Shown one piece after another: positions 54,694 to 64,000 of a stretch of DNA of 64,000 nucleotides; position 1 is the stretch's first letter, and every line of letters begins with the position of its first letter. A program made the translations under genes and the position numbers. The DNA is from an uncultured delta proteobacterium. Lineage in GTDB: Bacteria; Desulfobacterota; Binatia; UBA9968. Under the pieces are notes generated by a model. It made no database searches, had not been told where the DNA came from, and worked only from the letters and a program-made list of their open reading frames with translations. The stretch covers positions 256,001 through 320,000 of the forward strand of contig CAWJZV010000030.1 in NCBI GenBank assembly GCA_963847445.1. Reading direction: 5' to 3'.

Positions 54694-55812
54694 ATGACTA
54701 GTCAAGAGAAGCTCAAAAAACTCCGTGACGAACTGAAACAGATGTTCCTGGAACGCGCCGAGCTGATCGATGGCGCGCTGTCGGCGTTGCTCTCGGCGCA
54801 TCATTTGCTGATCATCGGCCCGCCGGGCACGGCGAAGTCGATGCTCGCCGACGAGCTGTGCCGGCGCATCGACGGCGCCAACTATTTTCAGTGGCTGCTC
54901 ACCCGCTTCACCACGCCGGAGGAGATTTTCGGCGCGGTCAGTCTCAAGGCCCTCGAACAGGACGACTATCGGCGCGTCACCAGCCGCAAACTTCCCGAAG
55001 CCCACATCGCCTTTCTCGATGAAATCTTCAAAGCCAACTCGTCGATCTTGAATTCGATCCTGACGCTGATCAACGAGCGGCTTTTTCACAACGGCAAGGA
55101 AGTCGTCAAGGTGCCGCTGCTCACTTTGTTCGGCGCCAGCAATGAACTGCCCGAGGAAGAAGAATTGACCGCGCTCTATGACCGCTTCCTGGTGCGCTTC
55201 GTGGTCGGCTACATCGTTGAAGACTTTCGTTTCCTGCGCATGCTGGAGTCGCAGGCTCAGCCCGAGCGCACGACGTTGACCTTTGCCGAGTTGACCGAGC
55301 TACAGACGCAAGTTCGGCAAGTGGCCATCCCGTCCTATGTCTTCCGCGGCATCGCCGATATCCGCCGCGAGCTCAATAAGAAAAACATCCAAGCCTCGGA
55401 CCGGCGCTACCGCCAGTGCCTGGCGTTACTGCAAGGCCACGCCTTTCTCGAAGGCCAAACAGAAGTGGCGGAAAAGGATTTATTTTTTCTCGAGCATGTG
55501 CTGTGGCGCGACCCGGCGGAACAGGAGCTGGTGCGCGGCACCATTCGCGAGCTCTTGCTCGGTTACGAAGAAGAGATCGCCGAGCTATTGTATGAATCGC
55601 GCGAGATCCGCGAAGTGGCGTTGCAGGCCGGCCGCAGCACCGACGAGCGCGCCCGGGCCCTGATCGAAGTCCACACCAAGCTGAAAAATATCTTAACCAA
55701 AGTCGATGGCATCAAGGACAAAGCCCAAAGGCTCGGCCGCCCGCTCGAACGGGTGCACGCCGTGCGCGGTGAGATCGAACAGCTGCAGAAAGAGCTGTTG
55801 GAGCAGTTCTGA
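54694..55812 (+). CDS. RavA-like MoxR AAA+ ATPase
   Basis: GPPGTAKS, LLTRFTTPEE.FG, FLDEIFKA.S.ILN.LL, ASNELP, ALYDRF, SDRR. Confidence 0.9.
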   Translation: MTSQEKLKKLRDELKQMFLERAELIDGALSALLSAHHLLIIGPPGTAKSMLADELCRRIDGANYFQWLLTRFTTPEEIFGAVSLKALEQDDYRRVTSRKLPEAHIAFLDEIFKANSSILNSILTLINERLFHNGKEVVKVPLLTLFGASNELPEEEELTALYDRFLVRFVVGYIVEDFRFLRMLESQAQPERTTLTFAELTELQTQVRQVAIPSYVFRGIADIRRELNKKNIQASDRRYRQCLALLQGHAFLEGQTEVAEKDLFFLEHVLWRDPAEQELVRGTIRELLLGYEEEIAELLYESREIREVALQAGRSTDERARALIEVHTKLKNILTKVDGIKDKAQRLGRPLERVHAVRGEIEQLQKELLEQF

Positions 55813-57387
55813 TGGCGTCACGCCGTCCACAGACAACGCCTGCCAGGCGGCGCTTCGAGCCGCTGCCCAAGAATACCTTTTGGATCGAGAATGATGCTTA
55901 CGACCGGCGCGTCTGGCAGCATCTGCGCTCGGAATCGCCGTCACTGCGCGAATTGGAGGACAAAGGCACCACTTTACTGCCTCATTTCGGCTCCTTGCTC
56001 CAGGACATATTCTGTTTGCTGTTCAAGTACGTGGTCAATTACCACAAGGACGCCGCAGTCTTGCCGAGCGCCCTGCTCAACCAGAAGTTTCTCCGCTCGG
56101 TCCATACCGGCACGCAGTACGACTACCTGCGCGAGCAAACGCTTTTGAACGAGGCTCACGCCGGCTTGTCGACGCTGATTCTCGGTGAACGGCTATTGAA
56201 TTTCATCCGCGAAGAAAAGTTGCTCACCCGCCGCGATATGCGCGACCTCTGGGATATCCAGAAGCAAGAAGAACTGGTCGGCCAGAAGATGGAAGAGTAT
56301 GACAACGCCGACACCATCCCCGAAGACCAGCTCTCCGAAGCAAGGTAAAAAGGCGCTGCAAAAAGCCAAAGAGAAAATGGCCGGCGAAGTCCAGGGCGCC
56401 GAAGCGTTGTTGCGCCATAAGACGACGCAACTCAAGGAAGACTTGAAGCGCATTGAAGGGCAAGCCAAAAACCGCCTCCAGGCCGAAACCATCAAGGTCG
56501 CCCAAGAGCTCGAAGATGCCACCGAAGAAGCCGAGACCTGGGGCAATACCATCGGCACCGGTGAGAAATCGCCGCCAGGGCAAAAGCTCGAACTCGGCCG
56601 GCGCCTTGCGGGAAATGACAAGCTGAAAAAGCTCGCCCGCATGGTCGGCCGGATGAAGTTTCACGCCCAGGCACTGCGCAAGAAAGTCTTTGAGAGGTCC
56701 AACGAAGAACTCCTGGAAGTCGAGCAAGGCGATGCCCTGCACCGCTTGCTGCCGCACGAAATGCTGAGCCTGCACCATCCGCTACTGCGCAAGGATTTCT
56801 TTCGCCGCTTCCTCGACCAGGAGCTGATTCAGTATTCGCTGCGCGGCATCGAAGAAAAAGGCAAAGGACCGATGATCGTCTGCCTCGACGGCAGCTCGTC
56901 CATGTCCGGTGACAAAGAGATCTGGTCCAAAGCCGTGACCCTGACCCTGTTGGAGATCGCCCGCAAACAGCGCCGCTTGTTTCGCTCGATCTGCTTCTCG
57001 TCGGCGGAAACGCCGCTGCAAGTTCTCGACATGAACCCACGCGACCGCTACGAGGTCGAAACCAAAACCATCATGGACCTGGCGGAATACTTCCCCGGCG
57101 GCGGCACCGACTTTCAAAAGCCGCTGGACGCCGCGCTGGAATGTCTAGGCGACTCGCGCTTCAAGAAAGGCGACATCATCTTCATCACCGATGGCGAGTG
57201 CCAGGTCGATCCGCAGTGGGCGGAACAGTTTAGAGAACAAAAGGAGCGCCTGGGCTTCTCGCTCTTCTCCATCCTCATCGACATGGGGCCGGCTTCCCTG
57301 GGCACGTTGAAGGAGTTCAGCGACCGGATTTCGACGATCAAGCAGCTGACCGGGGATGAAGCCAAAGAGATTTTTGTGAAGTTCTGA
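55812..57387 (+). CDS. ViaA-like VWA protein (frameshift near 56338)
   Basis: GD...R.LP.E, GP.IVC.D.S.SM.G, GGTDF..PL, DI.FITDGE. Confidence 0.88.
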
Positions 57388-57394
57388 GACCGTA

Positions 57395-58447
57395 TTACTG
57401 CTTCCGCGTGACCTCCTTCATCAGCCGCATCCACTTTTCCACGCGATCGGCATACTCGTCGGTGGTCAAACCTTTCTCGGGATAGAACTTCTCGAAGCCG
57501 TAATTTTTCGCACCGCTGCCGTAGGCGAAGGTTTCGTTGAACATTTTTTGCCCGTCAGGGCCGATCAAAAAGTCGACGAGCAGCAACGCCCCATGCGGAT
57601 GGGTGGCATTGGCCGATACCCCGACTCCGCCGGCGTTGGCGACTGCCAGGTCCAAGGCGTGCCAGGCGATGGGCGCACCCTTCTTTGCCGAGTGCGCCAC
57701 GTTGGTGGAAAAACCGACGAACGACATCGGCACTTCGCCGGACACGATCAGCTCGTTAAAACCCGGCCCGGAAGCGCCGTGCAGCGTAATCTCCTGATCT
57801 TTGAGTTTACGAATGAAGCTATCGCTCTTGGCCCACACCATGGCGCCAAACTGGCGCGCGCTACTCTCATCGCTGCTGATCGCCATCTTGCCTTTAAGCG
57901 CCGGTTTCAGCAGATCGTCGAATTTTTTCGGCAGCTCCAAGCCTTTCACTGCGTTCTTGTTATAGGCTAAACCGATGTACGACTCGCGATCCGTGGTCCA
58001 ATAGACTAAACCGCTTTTAGTCTTCTCCTTGGCGCTATCGGGATAATTTTTGAGAAACGGCGAGGTGTAGGGCGCAAAAAACTGCTCGTCGCGCAAGATC
58101 ATCAACGCCCCCGGGGTCGCCTCGACAGTATCAGCGATGTAACGACGCGCCTTATGCTCAGCCAAGGCTTTATTCGTCAGCTCGATGCCGCTGGCGCGAT
58201 AGACTTCCACCGCAACGCCGGGATATTTCGCCTCGAAGATTTTGGCGATGTCCTTGGACGGCACCAGGGACGTGTACCAAACGACTTTGCCCTCCTTCTT
58301 CGCGCCATCGTAAAGCATCTTCTCGCGATCACCCCGGGCATACTTGGCTAATTCAGCAACACCCTTGCCTGTTTGAGCGGACGCGACACCTGCTACGAGC
58401 AACGCCATCCCCACAACTAGCGAATAACACTTTGGGCAAATCTTCAT
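57395..58447 (-). CDS. ABC substrate-binding protein (AfuA/PotD-like)
   Basis: GAKKEG.V.WYTS, F..KYP, YN......P....DLL.P..KG, HP..A.L..DF.....GQ. Confidence 0.85.
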   Translation of the reverse strand: MKICPKCYSLVVGMALLVAGVASAQTGKGVAELAKYARGDREKMLYDGAKKEGKVVWYTSLVPSKDIAKIFEAKYPGVAVEVYRASGIELTNKALAEHKARRYIADTVEATPGALMILRDEQFFAPYTSPFLKNYPDSAKEKTKSGLVYWTTDRESYIGLAYNKNAVKGLELPKKFDDLLKPALKGKMAISSDESSARQFGAMVWAKSDSFIRKLKDQEITLHGASGPGFNELIVSGEVPMSFVGFSTNVAHSAKKGAPIAWHALDLAVANAGGVGVSANATHPHGALLLVDFLIGPDGQKMFNETFAYGSGAKNYGFEKFYPEKGLTTDEYADRVEKWMRLMKEVTRKQ

Positions 58448-58454
58448 CGCGAAA

Positions 58455-58477
58455 ACCCCTTACCCCTTACCCTTCAC
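58455..58477. repeat. 7-bp tandem array (ACCCCTT), single arm
   Basis: acccctt acccctt acccttc. Confidence 0.7.
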
Positions 58478-58479
58478 TC

Positions 58480-59614
58480 CTAACCAACCTTCGCCTGGCG
58501 CGGATACATGGCATCGATCATCGCCCGCTTGTGATACAGCGGCGTGCCCAAATACTGATAGAGGGCATGGGCCAGCACGCTGTGCGCCATCAGCGGATGT
58601 TTGTAGTCCGTGCCGGCGCCGGCAAACACCATGTGGGCAAAATGGCAGGACTGGTAGTAGGCTTCGCTAGCCACTGCTTTGGATTGATGTGCTCCGGCGG
58701 TGGCGGCAACGGCCGTGTCAATCTTCCACAAGGTCTCGTAGGTAATCCAACGCGCGCCGTCCAGGTGGATTGATATATCGACACAGTGATCCTGCACCCG
58801 CTGGAAGCGTCCGATCGGCTGACCGAAGACCACGCGGGTCCGGGTATACTCGTTGGTCATTTCGAAAATCTCTTGGCAGGCACCCACCTGGTAGGCACAC
58901 AGAATCGGCAAAGCTTTGGTGAGCGCCGCTTCCAGCACCGGCCATCCCGAATCCACCGTGCCGATGAGCGCGTGCGCTCCGACGGCAACATTGTCAAAGC
59001 TCACTTCCGCCGCGCCAATCATGAAGCCAAACACCGGCTTCACCGAAACTCCCGGCGCATTGCGGTCGACCAAAGCGAGCACGACGCCACCGCTGTCGCT
59101 GCGCGCCGCGCAAATAAACTGACTCGCCGCGGCGCCATCCTGGACGTAGCGCTTGGTGCCGCTGAGAGTGAATCCGCTAGCACTCTTAACCGCGCGGGTC
59201 TGCACTGATTTCGGGCCGAACTGAATGGGGTCGTCGGAGAGCGCAGGAATCACGATGGCAGTGCCATCGCAAATCTTCGGCAACCAGGACTTTTGCTGCG
59301 CCGCGCTGCCTCCTTCTAAAAACAATTGCGCCGCCAAGACGCCGCTGGAAAAAAACGGGCCGGGCAAGCGGCCCGCGGCCAAGTTCTTCAAAGACCACGG
59401 CGCAGTCCGTAGCGGACGATCCGCCGCCGCCAAACTCGTCGGGCACCGTCATGCCAAGCCAACCGACGCCGGCGGTCTTTTTATACAGCTCAGGAAGATG
59501 GGCGATTTTCTTTTGATACCATTCAGTAATGACATGCGACGGCGCTTCGGCCTTCAAAAAATCCCCCGCCACTTTCTTCATCATATTTTGATCGTCGTTT
59601 AATTTGAGATCCAT
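58480..59614 (-). CDS. Acyl-CoA dehydrogenase family protein (short, beta-type subunit), frameshifted
   Basis: GW.G..VP.E.GG, L.G.K..V, Y...R..FGQPIG.FQ.VQ. Confidence 0.85.
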
Positions 59615-59658
59615 AATCCGTATCCTTTCGCATTCGGTGCAACGCGCGCGGTCGGCAA

Positions 59659-59683
59659 GGGCAACCAAGGGGGTTGCCCCTAC
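59659..59683 (-). repeat. GTAG-type REP-like palindrome
   Basis: Minus strand GTAG-GGGCAACC-CCCTT-GGTTGCCC. Confidence 0.7.
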
Positions 59684-59738
59684 AAGTCCGAATTCTTTTT
59701 GCGCCCTTTGCGTTCTTTGCGGCCAATCCTCTCTAATC

Positions 59739-60954
59739 TTAAACCGTCGTCGGCGCGTCCTCCTGGGACGGCCGGCCCAAACCTAAGCGGCGCGCTATGA
59801 TCAGCCGGTCGGTATCCAGCGTGCCGCCGCCATGGAGCCAACCGGGACCGCTGCGCACGGTGTATTCGAAGTCGGCCACTTCATGCACCGAATCATCCGG
59901 CGCCAGGGCGTCATAGCCGCAAATCTTTTGCACGCGCTCGGCATTGCGCAAGCGCACCATGCGCTGAAAAAAGAGAAATTGCGGTCCGCCATAGGAATGG
60001 GGCTGCTTGACATAACGATGCCAAAAATTGCGCAACCCCATCAGCCGTTGGACATCCAAATCGATGAGCATCTCGGCTAGGACATCGCGCACGTCCTGAT
60101 CCTCCATCAAACTCTCGCCGTCAAAGTTAGTCCGTTGGCAATGGGCGATGAGCCGCGCGAACAGCGGATGCTCGGCGACACTGCCGCCGCCGCCATGCTC
60201 GAGTTCCAAATAACTGTTGGCGACCTTCCAGCCGTTGTTCTCGCCGCCGACCAGATATTTCGCCGGCACGCGGACGTTGTCGAAGAACACGGCGTTCTTA
60301 ATGCCCATCATCAAGTGCATATGCTGAATGGTAATGCCGGGAAGCGTCGCCGGGATATACAGCCAGCCCAAGATTTTCATGGCGCTTGCCGGCGGGATTG
60401 GTGCAGACAAACGTCCAGAGAAAGTCCGGCGGCAAATGATGGCCGACCAGGACTTTTTGACCGTTGACGATGTAATCGTCGCCGTCGCGGATCGCCTTGG
60501 TCTGGCAGTTGGCGACGTCGCTGCCGCCTTGAGGTTCCGTGAGCACTTGCCATACCGCCAGTTCGCCACGCATCATCGGCGGCAGAAACTCGGCCTTTTG
60601 CTCCTCGGTGCCGAACTTCATCACGGCCGGCGCCACCAAGCGCGACAGGGTATAGAAAACCGATCCCAGCGACAGACCGTAACGATCGATCTCGGTTTCG
60701 AGAACGAACTGGTGATCGAGACTCATACCGCCGCCGCCATATTTCTCTGGATAGGTGGGGAAAAGCCACCTTTTCGCGCCTAACTTACCCGCCAAGCCGC
60801 GGCGGAATTTATATTCCTCGTCGTTTTCCCGGGTCGACCAGTTGCCCGACCAGCGCAGATGCTCGCTGCCCTTCATATTTTCCGCCAACCAGGCGCGCAC
60901 CTCTTGGCGAAACGCGCTGATCTCCGGGCTATCCGGCTGTAAATTGAAGTCCAT
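59739..60954 (-). CDS. Acyl-CoA dehydrogenase family protein (alpha-type), frameshift near 60370
   Basis: P..YGG, FGT.EQK..FLP, TEP..GSD.A, Y.VNGQK, VFFDNVRVP, G.E..GW, GGT....R..IA.R.LGL. Confidence 0.9.
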
Positions 60955-61025
60955 TGTTATTCTCCTTTTTGATTACGGTTCACTTTTCTTAATTTTCGAA
61001 ATATCTCAGCTCCGAGCACACGAGC

Positions 61026-61095
61026 GTAAGGGGTAAAGGGTGAGGGGTAAAGCGTATCTGACCGGACGCCTTACCCTTTACCCCTAACCCCTTAC
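61026..61095. repeat. Inverted pair of 7-bp tandem arrays (GTAAGGG / CCCTTAC)
   Basis: gtaaggg gtaaagg gtgaggg gtaaagc ... gccttac cctttac ccctaac cccttac. Confidence 0.92.
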
Positions 61096-61106
61096 CAATC
61101 TTTCCA

Positions 61107-61628
61107 TCACACATTCCAATCACCGCCAACCAGACGCGGGATGACCGGATGTAAGATCCGATAGGACAATCCCCAGAGCCGATGTTCGCCGATTCGATAA
61201 TACGAAACCTGCTCGGCCTTCCGCCAGGTCGGGAAGCGGTCGATCATCTTGTCGTGGGCGCCGGGACCAGCGAGATCGTTGAGCCGGACATCGATGATCT
61301 CGGCAATCTCACGCTCGGCGATCTGCCACCGGTCCGGGAGCGTGATGCGCGCCACATAGGGAAAAACCCGATAGCCCGTGGTGCGCGTCTGCTCCATCGG
61401 CAACTCGGCCAAGATATCTTCGCGCGGCACCACCAAACCGAGCTCTTCGCGCGCTTCGCGCAACGCGGTATCGAGCATGGTGTCATCTGCCGGATCGTGC
61501 TTGCCGCCGGGAAAGGCGACCTGACCGCCGTGCACGCCGCCGGGATTGCGCAGGATCATGACGATATGCAGTTCGCCTTGCTGCGAACGATAAACCGGAA
61601 TGAGCACGGCGGCGTCGATCATCGTCAT
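61107..61628 (-). CDS. NUDIX CoA pyrophosphatase
   Basis: AAVLIP, HGGQVAFPGG..D..D.....TALRE..EELG, WG.S..IL. Confidence 0.9.
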   Translation of the reverse strand: MTMIDAAVLIPVYRSQQGELHIVMILRNPGGVHGGQVAFPGGKHDPADDTMLDTALREAREELGLVVPREDILAELPMEQTRTTGYRVFPYVARITLPDRWQIAEREIAEIIDVRLNDLAGPGAHDKMIDRFPTWRKAEQVSYYRIGEHRLWGLSYRILHPVIPRLVGGDWNV

Positions 61629-61741
61629 TGTCCTTATCCGCTTCTACTACAATTCCCCGGCTGGTAGCAAAGATCGGCGGGGTTTTAACAATTGCACAGC
61701 GGCAGCGATATGATAAAGACAGGCGATGTCGAGGATCACCC

Positions 61742-63350
61742 ATGGATAGAGCGCCGAACTTTCTTTTCATCATCACCGACCAGCACCGTGCCGATCATCT
61801 GGGCTGCTACGGTAATCCGATTGTCAAAACCCCGAACATCGATCGGCTCGCGCAAGCGGGAACCCGCTTTGACAATTTCTATGTCGCCACGCCGATCTGC
61901 ATGCCCAATCGCGCGACATTCATGACCGGGCGCATGCCGTCGCTGCACGGCGCGCGCCAAAACGGCATCCCGCTGGCGCTCACCGCGACTACCTTCGTCG
62001 AGATCCTGCGGGCAGCGGGCTACGATACTGCGCTGATCGGCAAATGCCACCTGCAAAGTATCAGCGGCGCACGCCCGACCATCGGCATGCCAGAGGCGGA
62101 CCCCGACAGAGTTCAGCCGCCGGAGCATTTGCGCGAGGCCGATAAGAGTTGGCTTAACCATGGCCGTTACGATCAGGAACTGCGCGCCACTTGGCAAAGC
62201 GACCCCAACTTCGAGCTTAGCCTGCCCTACTACGGCTTTAGCCAAGTCGAGCTCGCCGTCGGCCATGGCGACGAAGTAGTCGGCCATTACGATCGCTGGC
62301 TCAAGCAGCGCGCTGCCAATGGCGATGCACTGCGCGGGCGCAAGAATCAGCTGCCGGGGAACAATTATATCGCACCGCAGGCCTGGCGCACGGCGATTCC
62401 CGAAGAGCTCTATCCCTCCGCCTACGTCGCCGAGCGGACCATCAAGTATTTAGAAAACTATTCCCGTAGCGACCGCGCCAAGCCGTTTTTCCTGCAATGC
62501 TCGTTTCCCGACCCACACCATCCGTTCACGCCGCCGGGGCGCTATTGGGACATGTACAATCCGGCGGAGATCCCCTTGCCGCCGTCGTTCAATCCCGGCG
62601 AGCGACCGATCGTGCCGCACCTGCGCCGGCTCTACCAAGAGCGTACCGCCGAGGAGGCGAACAAGGACGGGCAGCGCACCTTTGCCGTCACCGAACGAGA
62701 AGTTCGTGAAGCCACCGCGCTCACCTATGGCATGATCACGATGATCGACGATGCCATCGGCAGCATTTTGGCCTGGTTGAAAACCCTCCGCCTCGACGAC
62801 GACACGGTGGTGATTTTCACCAGCGATCATGGCGACTTCATGGGCGATCATCAGCTGTTGTTGAAAGGCGCGCTGCATTACCGCGGCCTGGTGCGGGTAC
62901 CGTGCATCTGGAGCGACCCGCAGATCGAAACGCCTGGCAAGCTCAATGCCGGCTTATGCGGCACGATCGATCTAGCGCCGACGATTTTGCAGCGGGCCGG
63001 ACTGGCGGGTCATAACGGCATGCAGGGAAAAAGTTTAATTCCGGCCCTCGACGGCGGCATGACCGGCCACGAGTCAATGCTCATCGAAGAGCACCAGCGG
63101 CGCGGCTATATGGGATTGGCGAATAACTTCCGCGCCCGCAGCCTGATCACCCAAGCAACACCGCTTGACGATCTACGAAGGCGTCGGTTGGGGCGAACTC
63201 TACGATTTCGCCGCCGATCCACAGGAGCTCGACAATCTTTGGAATGAGCCCGGCGCTCAACCCTTGCGCCAAGAACTGACCGAACAGTTGGCGCGCAAAA
63301 TGATCGAGATGACCGACACGAGCCCGCTGGCAACCCATCACGGACCGTAA
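61742..63350 (+). CDS. Sulfatase-family hydrolase (frameshift near 63160)
   Basis: PNFLFI.TDQ.R, ICMPNRA...TGR, GK.HL, SFPDPHHP, FTSDHGD, ELYD...DP.E..NL. Confidence 0.92.
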
Positions 63351-63361
63351 AAAGAAAAACA

Positions 63362-63498
63362 CGTTGCAATCGTTCAATATGTTCAAGCCGTTCAAATCGT
63401 TTTCCGGATCGAACCACGCCTACCTTTACGACGAACCTCCGAATGGCCGAGACGACTTGAACGATTTGAACGACTTGAACTGAGCGAAGCGATTGAAC
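63362..63498. repeat. Inverted pair of 9-bp arrays between convergent genes
   Basis: cgttcaatatgttcaagccgttcaaatcgtt ... ttgaacgatttgaacgacttgaac ... ttgaac. Confidence 0.9.
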
Positions 63499-63508
63499 GA
63501 GTTAGGAC

Positions 63509-64000
63509 TTAATCCCCGAACGCCACCCACGCCGGCATCGGCAATTCGACAACTTCCCCTTTGGTGTACTTGGCCAATGCGCCGCGCATCTCTGCACGGA
63601 TCTTTTCTAATACGGCTGGCTTTTGCGCGCGCAGGAGCCCGGCCGTGCGCACGGTGCTATCTTTCATGGCGTTAAACAGACCATCGCCGGCCGGCAAACG
63701 CCAGAGCTGTTTAACTTTATTCACAGCCGGCGACTCGAAGCCGGCGGCAATCAAGCCCTGCGTACACTCATCGGGATCGCTGTAACGAAAGAACGGCGGC
63801 CCTTCGGGCAGCTTGACGCGCGGCTCGCCATGAAGCTCGACGGCGCGCAAGACAATACCGAAGCCGATGGTCTCTTCCGGTTTCGCCCACACCGAGAAAG
63901 CAAACCTGCCGCCGCTGCGCAGTATACGGTGGGCTTCGAGCAGAGCTTTTTCCGGCTGACCGAGATGGAGGATGCCGAAATTCATCGCCGCGGCGTCGAA
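63509..64000 (-). CDS. SAM-dependent methyltransferase, 3' part (truncated by window)
   Basis: FDA..MNFG..H...P..AL.EA.R.LR.GG.FAFSVW. Confidence 0.85.
   Translation of the reverse strand, partial: FDAAAMNFGILHLGQPEKALLEAHRILRSGGRFAFSVWAKPEETIGFGIVLRAVELHGEPRVKLPEGPPFFRYSDPDECTQGLIAAGFESPAVNKVKQLWRLPAGDGLFNAMKDSTVRTAGLLRAQKPAVLEKIRAEMRGALAKYTKGEVVELPMPAWVAFGD

Overview
Bacterial chromosomal window of roughly 60% GC. Gene content (LexA type, many ABC substrate-binding proteins, paired acyl-CoA dehydrogenases, phytoene-dehydrogenase-like genes) suggests a deltaproteobacterial/Binatia-like organism; this is inference only. Many single-base frameshifts occur even in rpsA, cmk, aroA and hisC, so most are probably long-read errors. 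(1) 1-18016 is an integron gene-cassette array on the minus strand, with 21 recognisable attC sites and an attI-like first site at about 18010. No integrase is present in the window. The array lies directly downstream of, and co-oriented with, lexA and a four-helix-bundle gene. Cassettes include several toxin-antitoxin modules, three DHFR/RibD-C-like genes, a sulfatase, an aldo-keto reductase, PhzF and defence-like genes. Three of the defence-like genes are broken up in the ORF track: a HEPN protein, a DUF2971 protein and an N-terminal-Thr Ntn-hydrolase. (2) 18469-36267 is a core region: lexA, an AAA+/VWA pair, HIT, ihfB, sppA, rpsA, cmk, aroA, tyrA, hisC, pheA, an RluA-family gene, a CobW-type GTPase with a Cys-rich C-terminal fusion, and pcm. 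(3) 36521-49335 is a block bracketed by a 168-bp direct repeat of an SDR gene 3' end. It holds a peptide ABC transporter, a MetE-like gene, a lower-GC YeeE/MBL-rhodanese sulfur cluster and decayed hicAB. (4) 49336-64000 holds catabolic and transport genes plus a RavA/ViaA-like pair. Many intergenic gaps contain inverted arrays of degenerate 7-, 8- or 9-bp tandem repeats, and one such pair of arrays encloses the four-helix-bundle gene. These repeats and the lexA-linked, integrase-less array are the most unusual features.
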